60,000 bases of DNA, taken from the NCBI RefSeq assembly GCF_036321535.1, contig NC_087437.1:86492001-86552000 (forward strand), in the 5' to 3' direction. The position numbers and the translations under genes are program-made. The stretch is from Camelus dromedarius (lineage: Eukaryota). Below are positions 1 to 12,402 of the stretch, piece after piece. Below the pieces are notes generated by a model. The model saw nothing but the letters and a program-made list of their open reading frames with translations, was not told where the DNA came from and did not search any database. The stretch's first letter is position 1. Every line of letters begins with the position of its first letter.

Positions 1-94
1 TCCAATTTAGTAAAAACTGAAGAATGAAATAAGGCATTATTTTTAGGATGTTGTTCCAACGTGATGGCCATTTAAGAAACTTGTTTCAGAGTTC

Positions 95-860
95 CGTCTG
101 GAGCGGGAGCGGTGGTGGAGCGGAGCGCGGAGCCCAGCAGACGCGGAGCAGACCCCGCCACCGGTGTGAGTCACAGTCACACCATGTGGCGCGCAGCTGC
201 CGAAGGCTGCCCAGGCACCACGCTCTGCAGCTGAGCGCGGGGGCGGAGCCGCCGCAGCCCCCGCCCCATGCCTCAGCTCCGCCCACCCACGCCGGGCAAA
301 GAAGGTTTCCAGAGCAGTCAGACATTTCCTGTGAGAAACGGATGTGGGTTCATCTACAGGAATGAACCCCAGGGAAAATGTATTGGACCAGCGGACTGCC
401 GTAGGGAAGAATCACCCACAAGCTCCCTTGCACTGTCGGAGATGGAGAGACTGTGGAGTTTGGTGTGGAAGGAGGAGAGGTGGTGGCGCCGGGGCCCTCA
501 CAGGCCCTTGGAGTTCCTCCGCGAGGCAGTCGGCGGGCAGCAGAGCGGAATCATTCTAGGTCTGTCCCTGTCACGGGGGTTGTGAACACAGTGACCAGTG
601 AAGGGCCAGGATGATGAGACTGGGGGAAAGAATAAAGGACGGCAGACGCTCCCGAAGGCCAGGCGGCACAGCACCGGCCCTGCCGCGGGGTCCCCGTGCG
701 CACCCGAGTGCGTAGACGCTGTGGACGCCCTGGTCCTCCAGCCCTTCTGTGCAGGGGGAAGGAGTGGAGGGTGCTGACAACCCAGGCGTGGAGGAGCAGG
801 GCAGACCACCGAGACAGAATGTGTATCGAGGTGAGAGAGCGCACTTCCGCAGATACCACA
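95..860. promoter_or_regulatory. CpG island / probable promoter with GC boxes and an AP-1 site
   Basis: GC- and CpG-rich block in otherwise AT-rich, CpG-depleted DNA. GC boxes GGGGCGGAGC (240-249) and CCCCGCCCC (259-267), AP-1 TGAGTCA (167-173). Plus-strand donor-like sites GGT|GTGAGT (166) and GAG|GTGAGA (831). Confidence 0.85.
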
Positions 861-939
861 ATGGATGAAGTAATAAACTGAAAAATATAGGATTTGTTTA
901 TGAGCCACCACATGGAATAGTGGAAAAACCATACACCAG

Positions 940-1085
940 GAGTAAGTAGATTGAAGTTCTAGCCCCAGTTCTGTCGCTTACTCGTTGTATAATCTGGAAC
1001 AATTCTTGTTACTCTTTCGGGTCTCAGTTTCCTTTCTGCAGTGGAAATGATTGGGAAAAATGAGCTATAAGATCCTTTCTTGATT
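940..1085 (+). mobile_element. MIR SINE (core region)
   Basis: GTTCTAGCCCCAGTTCTGTCGCTTACT...GGGTCTCAGTTTCCTTTCTGCAG resembles the MIR core. Confidence 0.7.
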
Positions 1086-3207
1086 TAAAATGGGTAAATT
1101 GTGTTCATAACTATTTCTTTTGCCCCCAAGAGTCACCAGTGAATTCCACATGAAATTAAAATAGATTTATTCTATGTTTTTAAAAAGTCATCATGTTGAG
1201 TATTAGTGAAGAAGAAATAAAGGATGGAGTTACATTTATTGCTTGTCTTCGTAATCCAGAGCTTCAAATACTCTAGAGATCATCTGAGCAACCCAGCTTC
1301 CCCATTTGCCGGTGGAAAAGAAGGTGTGCCACGGTCAGCCCTCTCCACTTGCCCAAGTGTGCCAACCCTTCCTCGGTTCTCTCTTCCTCTCTGCTTAGTA
1401 TATCTTGTTCACTTTCTCATTCTTTTAGGTGGTGCTGGATTTACTCTTGCCTCACTCTTGTCTTCTTGGTTGCTAGTCCATTTTAAAGTGCTTTTGCCTA
1501 AATTATGGAATATTAACACTCTTCGTACCTATGACTTGAGTGGCAGAGCGTTGATAAAACATTGAAATCCTTGGAGACCGGTTTTAAGTAACTATGAGGT
1601 ATTCTTATTGGTAGGTCTTTCAGCTTAAAAAAGTTGACTACTCCAGATTTTTGCATGTGTTAGCAACCTATTTCGAATTATTGCAGTGGAATTTATATTT
1701 GACTGACTCTGAGAATCTGGCCTTAGGGACTGTTTGGAAAAGAGCATAGTTTGTTTAATTGAAATTTCTGTCTGTTATGATTTCCCAAGTCAAAGCAGCT
1801 AAGTTTACATCCAGTGGTAGCTGTTGAGCTTAGAAGAAACAAAATGTTTGAGTTCTTACAGTATGCATGTGACTGTGAACATCAGTCTGCCAAAAGAGGT
1901 ATGAGTAGCATCATACACAGAGCCTGACTTGTGCAGAAAAAAACTGCTGGACAGGAAGAGAATTATTTAAAATATCAGGGTTTTCCACATTGATTCTTCT
2001 TTGCCTTAAGGGAAAGAAGCGGATGTAAAGACATCTGGAAAGCTTTCATAAAGTGAGATTTTACTTATCTACCTCTGGGTAGATAGTTTTAATTTCCAAA
2101 CTCTTTAACTGTAAGGGGAATATATTTGCTCATTACTCTATGGAGTATTGTTGGAGAGAGGGAGGGCAAGACCTAATACAAATAACAGCCCGATGTGGCT
2201 AAATCTTCCACATGTTGAAATTAAAGACTTTTAAGCTGGAAAATGTAAGAGTACCTAAGAGACTTATTTATGTAGTAGTGGATATTAAACCTGAGCCCTT
2301 TTGTCCATTCTGTAGTGTGAATGGGAGAACATTATTTTGTTTTCCATCTGAATCTGTTTGCTGTGATAGATCACTGACATGACTTCAATACAAGGGAAGA
2401 ATATATTTAAAACAAAAAACAGCAAAAAAGAGAAGATGAAAGTGGAAGCTGGGTTAGGATATGTGGAGTAAGGGTTCCTCTTTTTTTTAGCTCTTCCCTC
2501 TTTTGTTGCTTTTGTGTGTCTCTTCTTTGCTTGATGGTCTTAAGCTTTAGAGTTTCTGCAACTGAATTACAGCTTTATTAGTAGATGTGTTTGTGCTGAG
2601 AGCCATTGGACTAGACTGGAGTCTCACAATACTGGTGTGAGAGGTAAAGAGCAGAAAGCATGAGAAAAAATTTGGCAAACAAACATGACTGTCACTAATG
2701 GTTTCAAATATAAGGAAGAGGCTTCTAGTTATTGAGTTCCACATCTTGTATGTTGTCTCCTATTGCTCATGGGAGAATTTGCTGACAGTACTTTGGGAAA
2801 ACTTAGAAAATGTATGCAGGGAATTTTAGCAATATAGATTTTGAAGTGCTTTTGAAGCTAAGAGTTATTTAAGAGGAACACAATGTGCAGGAAAAAAAAT
2901 CTAAAGTGAACTTTAATTTTGCACAAATGGCCTGGAAATTATAGTGTTATAAATTATTTTCGGGAAATACATGTTTATTTAAAACCTATTCCCCACCTTC
3001 CAGTTTGATACAAACTTCAGTCATCCTACCTAGAATTACTACTATTGGTTCTCTAATTACATGCAAAAATTAAAATGGAGTGAAAGTTTTAGGACTGCTA
3101 AACCTTGGAGCTTGAGTTTTTAAAATGTTCCGAGTTGTTCTAGTGACATGCTGGGATATATAGTGTCATGAATGAGCATTTGTTTGCTTGGTCTTTCTAC
3201 TGTTGAC

Positions 3208-3731
3208 CAAATTCCTTTTTTTTTTTTTTTTTTGTCTCCTTTTCCAGTTTTATTAGGTGGAATTATTACAGTTTGACTGCCCATACACATTATATTGCAT
3301 GTAAATGCATGTATACAGTATACTGCACATTTTTTTAGTTTACATATGTGTACTAATTATTGTTTCTAAGAACAGATTAGATCTTTAGCTTTTTAAACTT
3401 ACATAGTTATCAAAGGAATAATGCCAACTACAAAATAACAATCAACAGAATGCGATAATCCAGTCATAAAGGACAGTCAAGTGTGCTTACATATATTCAA
3501 GAAATCAAAATAATAATTAATCCATGTGTCATTATTATTGTTATTATTTTTTAGATTTCTCATATAAATGAAGTCATATGGCATTTTTCTTTCTCTTTCC
3601 AGCCTACTTCACTTAGAATGACAATCTTCAGGTCTATCCATATTGCTGCAAATGGCATTATTTTATTTATTTATTTTTTTATGGTTGAGTAGTGTTCCAT
3701 TGTATATATGTACCACATCTTCAAATTCCTT
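3208..3731 (-). mobile_element. Composite retroposed insertion: L1 3'-region fragment (~3515-3721) joined to a non-L1 polyadenylated segment (~3234-3510)
   Basis: Poly-T 3216-3233. AATAAA on the minus strand (TTTATT 3249-3254). Direct repeat CAAATTCCTT at 3208-3217 and 3722-3731. L1 motif ...CATATTGCTGCAAATGGCATTA...TTCCATTGTATATATGTACCACATCTTC. Confidence 0.8.
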
Positions 3732-5684
3732 CTTCTTTTCAGGAAAACTTTGTCTCTTTCTGCTTGTTTGTTAGTTTTCTTTGGTTATTGTGTTTCTGGT
3801 TGTGGAGGAGGAGGAAAAATTCAAAGATATATTACTCCGCTAGGACACCAATAGCTTAGAAAGAAGCCATGTCCTTTAGGAGTTTCTTGATAAATTGATC
3901 TCAAGAATTCCTGAATTTACAGAATCATTTCAGGTTAACTCCACTATTTCAGAAATGGCCTGGTTACATTTATTTCCTTTCTTTTGATTTTCATTTTCAG
4001 TGGTATGCACTTTATATAGTTAGCAAGGTATGGTTTCTTTACTATTTACATGCACTGCAGTGCATTGTAGTATGTGTTACTCACGGTGGAACAGTTTCCA
4101 AATGGCCTGTGTATTATGTAATGTAATATGTTTTTCTAATATGAAATAAGCAATAACCATTTTTAAAAGAAGGTGGGGATACACAAAAAATATGTCTTTA
4201 GGCACTCATACTTTGGGTGACTGTCCCATCTTGCCTCCTCATAAGTGACTTGTAGACTTATCTAGTAAGGGTGGGCAAAAAACAAAAAACAAAGTTTTCT
4301 CTGAGAAGTGAAAAGAATGTCTAATATATAGAGGGTCTTGCAGTTTCTTCTTGGGATTCCAATAGAAAAATGGAAGAATGAACATATAGAAGAAAGAGGA
4401 AATACACATGAGACCTCTTACTTGACTTTGTGGGTGGCTTTTGTTTCCAAACTCTGTAATTATAACAAGAATTATCTTAGTCAATCCATGTTTGACATTG
4501 ATGGGGTAGAAGAAGCTATTCGTTTTTAGTTTTATATGTATGAAACCATTTACTTACTCTTGTCTCATCTTTCTTTAAACCTAAACATACTTTTGACTTT
4601 GATATGTAGTTTTCGTTTCATTATAAAAAGGAGCACATCATATATGAAACAAGTTGATCTTCATTTTAACTAACACTGTCAATTTTATTTGTGATTATTA
4701 TTTAGTTAATGTATTAGTGATAATATATGTTTTAGTTTTTTATTCGTTAGAAACATACAGATTACTTTTTAAAGAATGTATTTCATGGTTATGTCCAGAT
4801 TATTTTGTGGTATGTCCAAATTTTCTGAAATAAAATTAGAAAATTGGGAAGAATCTTTGTTATAAGTCATTGGCAACCAATTATTAAGACTTTCAAAATA
4901 TTGTTTCGTAGAGACACAGGTGTGGGGACAATGGTAGAGGCCATATAGTTAACATATGTTTAGTCATTTAAAGGAGGTAGTTCCATCAACTCCAGATAGG
5001 TCTGTTATCTGTTAAATTGCTCCTTCACTGTAAATTTTGTGGATAGTTTATTTAGTTTTTAGAGAGAACAGTATGCCCACATATCTCACTTAGACTGTAC
5101 ATGTTTATGAGACTATACAGCACTTCATTTTGAAAAGAGTAATCTTGGTCTCTCAAGCTCTTTTAAAGGCAGTTTTCTGAGACTGTTATCCCTGCAACAA
5201 TCAGTTTATATCACTAGGGGTCAGCCTACATGAACAGATGTCCATATATATCACTTAGGTGTCCAGTTTTAGGACAGTATTATCATTTGATTTCATGTAG
5301 TGTCTTTTCATTTGGGGCTAGAAGAATCTCCTTGGATACTTACATGTCCAGCTTCTTGCATCCTGAATTTTCTAGCTATACTCTTGACAGGGCATTTCTC
5401 AAAGGATTTCAGTATATAGCTTAACTTTTCTTTTCCCTTAGCTGTCTCTTTTCTCTCCTCTCTGATGTCAACTCAGAACCTTTATCTAATTTAATATGCA
5501 GGAACAAGAGAATGGCTGACAACAACAGAAACAGGTCAGGGTCTTCCCCAAGCCTTTATGACTGGGAGTGATAATGACAGTTGCTCACAGAATGACTGGA
5601 TTTTGGGTGTGACTGACATGTGGGAGTTGTATACGAGGGTAACATTGTAACTATGATGCTTTAACTAACTGTCGGTTTCTGTTT

Positions 5685-5686
5685 TG

Positions 5687-5717
<31 letters not shown>

Positions 5718-5734
5718 CAATGTGTGTATGTGTG
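5685..5734. repeat. Interrupted (TG)n microsatellite
   Basis: Seen directly. Confidence 0.9.
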
Positions 5735-5759
5735 CTTCCTCTGGTTACTGGAAGATAGA

Positions 5760-5890
5760 GGTCTCTCTTCCTCACTGTATCACGAGTCCTTCCCAGGAAG
5801 GGGCTATATCTTCCCCATCTTTATTTTTCCAGTACTTAGCACAGTGCTTGGCACATAGTTGGTACTGATTGTGTTTTTTGAACAGAACTA
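5760..5890 (+). mobile_element. L2 3' end fragment
   Basis: CCAGTACTTAGCACAGTGCTTGGCACATAGTTGGTACT matches the L2 3' terminal motif. Confidence 0.7.
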
Positions 5891-6799
5891 AACTGAACTC
5901 TAAGTAAATACTAATATGCCAGAATGACCTCCTACATAGTTATTTTTATTGGTAGATAAATGTTAAACATCAGTGGAAGTACCCATGGAATGATGGCCAA
6001 AAATATAATGATGCACTCTTCTTTTTCTTTATAAAGAAGGAGGAGAATGTACATAATTTAAAGTAATTGGGACAATTTGGAACTCCTAGCAAGCAAATGA
6101 GTGTTCTGAGAAAACAAAAATGCTTCTAATTTTTAGGCAAAATTTAGAGAAATATTCTCATGTCTTTCCCCCAGGAGGTCATTCTTGTTAGTTTGGAGAC
6201 AACAAGGCTTATTTCTCAGAATAAACATCTTTTCTGATTGTTCTGCTTCATTTTAAACTTAACATCACTCTGGCTGTGTTAGAAAATTAGTTTGAAATTA
6301 TAGAATCTAACTTTCAGGATTGGAAAAGAACTTATTGTTCACTTAGCTCACGTCATTGTGCTTGGCAGAAATATTATTCACTTTTAAGCAGAATGAGTAC
6401 TAAAGTTTGTTAAAAGGGTGATAGCTTTACTTATTATACTAAATTATATAACATATGTATGTGTATATATATTATATATAAATTATACTGTACTAAATAT
6501 AGATTTGTTATACTATGATCAAAGATAAGGTTCAACTTGTGACCACTGGGAGTCACTGTGTAGTTGTCACAGCCAAGAAGCGCACCCCCACCTCCCCCCA
6601 TCCACACCAGCTTGCTGGGCTTCTTGGGAGATAACACACTCATCTCTTCCCTAACTGCTGGCATTTATCCATTTGCCAACTGGTAGTTATTAAGTGTCCA
6701 CAGAGAGCTGGGTGCTGTGTTAAATTAGGCAACACAGTGAGAGCAAGCTGCCAATGTGGCTAGCCATGTTTCCCGGCCACTGCCTCCACCATCAAGCAA

Positions 6800-6985
6800 A
6801 GCTATTTAAATCTCCCTTGTGATTTATGTTTCATTCATTTATTATTCTTTATACATTTGTTTATGAGATTTTGTCTTTCCTACTAGAGACCCTTGAGAAG
6901 AGAGGTCTACATTTTTATTTTGTAAGTGTTAATCCCATTGACTGGCAGGTAGTAGATCCTTATAATGTGTTTGTTGAGTAACTGG
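6800..6985 (+). mobile_element. L2 3' end fragment
   Basis: TTTGTCTTTCCTACTAGAGACCCTTGAG...TGGCAGGTAGTAGATCCTTATAATGTGTTTGTTGAGT, degraded L2 tail. Confidence 0.55.
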
Positions 6986-9590
6986 ATGCTATGCCAGTTA
7001 TTTCCTCTGGTTCTTTTGATTTTGCTATTATTTCTTCTTGAAGACACTACCGTCTAGTGCATCACTCCCTGCTCACTATCCTCCTTTGGCTGTAACAGTT
7101 TAGAGGTCTTGTTTATACCACATAAAAAATGAATGACAGCAGTTACCAATGGCAGCATTAGCAATTTCACTTTTGTTAGTGGAAACTAGTCTTGAACAGT
7201 GTGTATGAAAAGTTATATGTTGTTGGAAAACAGCTCTGGAAAAGACTAAGTTCACAAGAGAGAAAGGCACATTTTAGTTTTATATTTTTCACTAATGAAC
7301 AATTTCAAAACAGAAAATTGTATTAATTCTCACCACTTCCCTTTCTCTATTTATAAAATCCATTTAACTTCTATTAAATAGATCATGCTTAAAATTGGAT
7401 CTTAAAGGCCACTCCTTATTTTATATTCTACTCTTCTTGCTTGAACAACTGAATGTTCTCTGTGGGTACTACATCTGGAGTTACCATATCCAGTAATACT
7501 TTCCTGACACTGACTGTTACCACGAATACAAATCTAAATATTGCCAGAGGGATTCAGCTTTCTTGCAGGAAAGTTGGCATTTCCTCCAAAGAAACTTTGC
7601 CTTTGCAGATGACAGCTGCTTGAACACATGAGACCTGAAGGTGACCAGTGTTTGGGCATCTGATTTTTTACAAAGAGAACATACAGCTTCAAGTCATATT
7701 GCAGATTTTCTGTTTTACCTTGGCTTCCATTTAAAGAAATATATTCCTGAAGAACTTTCTGCCAGAGTAGGAGCCACAGATGCTGAGCTTGTGTGATAAA
7801 ACTTTGAGGCCCTTGAGGATAAATTGGTGGCAGGAAAAGTTGCTTGTTGAATTAATTAAATTGAATTTGCATCTTTAAATATTTTAGTCATTAGGTAAGT
7901 AGAAATGTGTGCTTAGGGTATAATTAGTAATATAGTTCTATTTTTATTCTGTTCACTCTTTTCTTCTCTTCTTCATGCTATATTTAAGGATTGTCAATTC
8001 AGGGGAGGAAGCCATATTCCCATAATTGAGAACCAACCTTTATTCCCGTAATTGCATAAAGACGTCTGTTCCTGTTAATGCCAGTAGATTTTTAGTCCCA
8101 TTGAGGGAAATGGACCTTTATTTTCATCAGTGTTGTACAATAAGATAGTTGGAACCTCACAGATAATTAAGACCAGACAAGCTGATTAAATGAAAAAACG
8201 ATAAACAAAACAATTGATTTATGATGATTTTTTTTGTTTGTCAAAAAAAGTCTCCATATTAATTTTTCTTTTTGGAAATAATAGTGAAAGAATTTAGAAA
8301 AAAATTATTTGCTTGTTTGATTTCAAGCTACGCATTGTATTGCTTTATAGGATTAGCTCATGTACCCTGAACTCTCACTTAAATATAGAGCATGTTGTTA
8401 AAGCTGCAAAAGGAGATCAGCCACAGTTTTTAAACTAACAACTGGAGGGGATAAATAGTGTACGTGGTATAAAAACATCTTACTTCACATTATAAAGATT
8501 GGTAAGAGACTGTGTTAATCCTGTGCCTACCAGACACTTGCTGTATGATTGGGAAAAATATTTCAACAGGTATATACCATTTAACTGAATACATATTTCT
8601 ATAGATTTTAACTATCTCCTTATTTTTGAAAATAGATTAATATAAACTAATTTATTGTAGTGAAAATGTCCCTAAATAATTGTGTGCAAATTGATTGCAA
8701 GTGTGCCAAAATAGTTTCCTATTAAAAAAAATTACAGGCATTTTTTTTGGTAATTAACTTTTTAAATAGTGCAAATAATCTTTATATATATATACATATA
8801 AAAAATATAAACAATATTTAGTAAGCCTGAATTTTTCACATTCATCAAGATCTCTTAAATTGGTCAAATGTGCAACTTCCTTCTATTTGGGGAATAATAA
8901 AAATGCAACTATAACATTTCTTCTAAATGACCAGGAGCATACTTATGGTTGAGCTTGACCTAAATACTGAGCTGAGAGAGGAGAATGGGTCTGCAGGCCA
9001 CCAGAATAGTCAAATTAAAATTAAACATAGTGGGAAAAATGCTAAGATATTTCAATTTTTATTCCTTCAAAATCACTTATTGAACATATATTTTGATTTA
9101 TATTTATGTTTTTAATCTGCCTCTTCCACTTCTCACCAGGATCAAGTGGTTAATCTTATATGAAAGGAAAAACTGAGTGAACAACAGTGGTCAATGTAAA
9201 GTGAGCTCATATATGACCATTTGGTCATGAAGCAGAAGAAAAATTATTTTATACATAAATGATGATTTGTACCAAATATTTCTTAGATAAATGGAAAATG
9301 GTAATTTTCAGGTCAAATATTTTTGGCAGCATAAAGGAATTTTTTTTTAAAGATACATTTTCCTATAGAGTAATGATAGATCAGACAGAGAATGCTTAAG
9401 GAAGGGAAAGTAAGAATTAAGGAATTAGAAGGAACTTGAGAAACTAATAACCAGTACATCTCCTTCAAGACACAGGTGGGGAAACTGAGCCAAAGAGAGA
9501 GATAAGCAAGAGTTTGTAGACTTTTTTCTTTTAACTTTTTGTTATAAAAACAATTTTAACATGCATAAAAGTAAAATGAATAACCCAAGA

Positions 9591-11155
9591 CTCTGCTATC
9601 TAATGTGGTAATCACTGGCAATATGGCTAGAGAGCAGTTCACAGGTGGCTAGTGTCACATGTTGAAATGATAATGTTTTGGATATATTACATTAAATAAA
9701 ATATATATATCTATATTTTTTTTCACAGTACGATAGTTAATTTTATTTGTTCAAGGACTCATATTGCAAGCATTAAACCAAGCACAGGCTTTGATTCTGT
9801 GAACCCAGATTCACAGATTTAAGAAGATAAAAGCAAACTATGCCCCATGTACATAGATGAAAACTAAAGGCTCGTGGCTAATCACACTGTAGTTTTTAAG
9901 TTTCTACAGCCTAGAACTAGAAGCCAGTAGTCACAGGTCCTTTAGGTCCTTCTGGATGTCCCATAGGGTGTCTGTACTTTTCTTGAGTTGGGCAATCTCC
10001 TCATCCTTCAGCTTCTGTTTGATAGCACTGGTCAATCCCTGAGCATTCAGGACACATGGAAGGCTCAGGAAGACCTCATTCTCAATGCCATACATCCCCT
10101 TCACCATCATTGACACTGGGTGAATCCTGGAGAGATTTTTCAACATGGATTCAATGAGATCAGCCACACTTAGTCCAGTAGCCCAGTTGATGTATCCCTT
10201 CAGCTTGACGACTTCGTAGGCACTCTCTACCACCAACTTAGGCACTTCCTTCCAATTTTCACTGTCATTGTCCGTTCTCATTTCTGGATTCAGTTCCTGG
10301 AGAGAAACACCTGCCACATTCACCCCACTCCACACAGCCACGCTTGAGTCACCATGTTCTCCCAAAATCCATCGGTGGCAGCTGCTGGGATGAATGCCAA
10401 GTTTTTCCGCCATTCGATAGCGGAGTCTAGCGGAATCCAGATTACACCCACTTCCAATCACACGGTGCTTGGTAATCCACTTAGTTTCCAGGTAATGTGT
10501 GTGAGGATATCCACTGGGTTAGAAACCACAATTATGATGCAATCAGGACTGTACTTGATGATCTGAGGAATAACGAACTTGAAGACATTAACGTTCCTCT
10601 GCACCAGATTGAGGCGACTCTCCCCCTCTTGCTGGAGAACTCCTGCAGTCACCACCACAATCTTGGAATTGGCGGTTACAGAGTAATCTTTATCTGCCAC
10701 AATTTTGGGTGTCTGAAGAAACAAGCTCCCATGCTGCAGATCCATCATTTTGCCTTTGAGTTTATCTTCCAAAACGTCCAGAAGAACAAGCTTGTCAGCC
10801 AGAGACTTTCCCAGAATGCTGATGGCACATGCCATGCCAACTTGTCCAACACCCACTACAGTGATTCTTATTGTTGGGGACCGTTGCCTCTTCTTCTGCA
10901 ACTGGTGCAATCAGTTTTTCCTTAAGAGTTGCCATTGAGCACAGAGGAGAGAAAGTTCCCAAGATGGCTGTAAGGGTGGCCTGAAGAAGACAATGTCAGC
11001 AGCGTGCGTCTCCTCCGGCACAGGATACACAAAGAGCTAAATAAAATATATTTTAAAACAAATTCCACCTATTTCTTTTTACTTTTTAAAAGTGACTACT
11101 AGAAAATGTGAAATTACATTTATGGTTAATATTATGTTTTTATTGGACAGCACTG
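9591..11155 (-). mobile_element. MER33-like hAT-Charlie DNA transposon, split by the LDHB retrocopy
   Basis: Left part CTCTGCTATCTAATGTGGTAATCACTGGC...ACATGTTGAAATGATAATGTTTTGGATATATT. Right part ...GTGACTACTAGAAAATGTGAAATTACAT...TATTGGACAGCACTG. The halves join across the pseudogene TSD. Flanks (9525-9590, 11156-11230) resemble an old L1M 3' end. Confidence 0.75.
9707..11037 (-). pseudogene. LDHB: L-lactate dehydrogenase B processed pseudogene (full length with 5'UTR, 3'UTR and poly-A remnant)
   Basis: Intronless LDHB-like CDS 10935->9931 ([17 protein letters not shown]...; VGVGQVG; GEHGDSS; ...[11 protein letters not shown]). A +1 frameshift at ~10865 gives a premature TGA, and there is a -1 frameshift at ~10471. 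AATAAA at 9742-9747, poly-T 9716-9723, TSD TAAATAAAATATAT at 9693-9706 and 11038-11051. Confidence 0.97.
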
Positions 11156-11964
11156 GCATAGAATCCCCATTTACCCACTTCAACAGTTATCAACTCATGA
11201 CTCATCTTGTTTAATTTATACCCCGTGCACTTTAGAACTGCCTATGGTCATACTGGTAATTGGTCCCAGCTTTGGCATGAAACTCCTGCCTGTGGGCTAT
11301 TACTCTTTCCACTACTATGCTTTCAAATTGAAGTTTTTTTTTGGGTGTGCTAGTTTTACTATCTCCTAATTATTTAAGGTTGCATTTCTGAGATTTACTG
11401 GTTTTGACAGGTTATTAATGCAGTCATTCATTTCCTTTACAGACTATTATTTTAATTTAATTGATAAAGATTCTTGGATAAAATTCTCCATTTACTTTAC
11501 TAAATAGGGTGGGCTTATTTGTAAATCATTGTTCCTTCTTCCAAAATCTTGATCACCTAAGGATAGCAATGGAACTAGTACCTTCTCAGCTATGATTCTC
11601 ATATTTTTCATGCAAAGTTTCATTCTCTTAAAGTATATATTAAAAAAGCATAATTGTTCAATAATCAATAAACATATCTACTGAATATTTACCAAGTAAA
11701 AAGCTCACTGTGTGTACGTATGCCTGCCCCCTCCTCCCAGTACACACATGCTGTATCATCAAAGAATTAGTAAGTAGTGTTGGGGTGGGAAGAGAGAAGG
11801 GAATGCAAGTTCACAAGTTCGCAAGTTCGTTTCCAAACATGCTGGGCCTGAAGTGCCAGGAATAGATCAAAGCAGAAATGTCTAGAGATTAGCAAGAGCT
11901 GAGCTACTGGAGAAAATGTTTTCTGTTTAGACATTCCTTCAGTGATGACTTCTTGAATCAAAGA

Positions 11965-12064
11965 CAATTAATCTTTGACAAAGGAGGCAAGAACATGCAA
12001 TGGAATAAAGACAGAGTCTTCAGCAAATGGTGTTGGGGAAACTGGACAGCTGTGTATAAATCAA
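11965..12064 (+). mobile_element. Short internal L1 ORF2 fragment without poly-A
   Basis: CAATTAATCTTTGACAAAGGAGGCAAGAAC...CAGCAAATGGTGTTGGGGAAACTGGACAGC is homologous to the reverse complement of 43395-43485 within the L1 in this window. Confidence 0.85.
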
Positions 12065-12402
12065 GGAAAACATTTTGATAAAACTATTAAAATATGCTAT
12101 TTCAGGGAATATTTACAATTTATTCATATATCATGTACCTTGGTTATAGTTATTTCAGTGAGGTATTCTATCTGTATTTTAAGAAACACTGTTGTGTTAT
12201 TTGGGGTTAAGTCACTAACAGAGTCCATTTAGTATGTTTTTTAACTTAATTACAAATTTGACTTGACTTCCGTGTTACTATCTTAGAAAATTGAAAAGGC
12301 TTTATCACAGAAAATCTGAGAGTTTTGAGTTTTTCCTTTTACCTGGGGTCAAAACTTAGAGAATGTACCTGTGTTTACTTTCAGGGTTGATTTAGGTGGA
12401 GG

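Noticed and set aside
48..932. Several 60-144 aa ORFs over the CpG island
   Set aside because: Expected from stop-codon scarcity in GC-rich DNA. They overlap on both strands and resemble no protein I recognise.
9931..10935. Functional LDHB retrogene or two-ORF split enzyme
   Set aside because: An early frameshift gives a premature stop, there is a second frameshift, and conserved residues are substituted (e.g. GVRQQ to GVLQQ, CHGW to CHRW).
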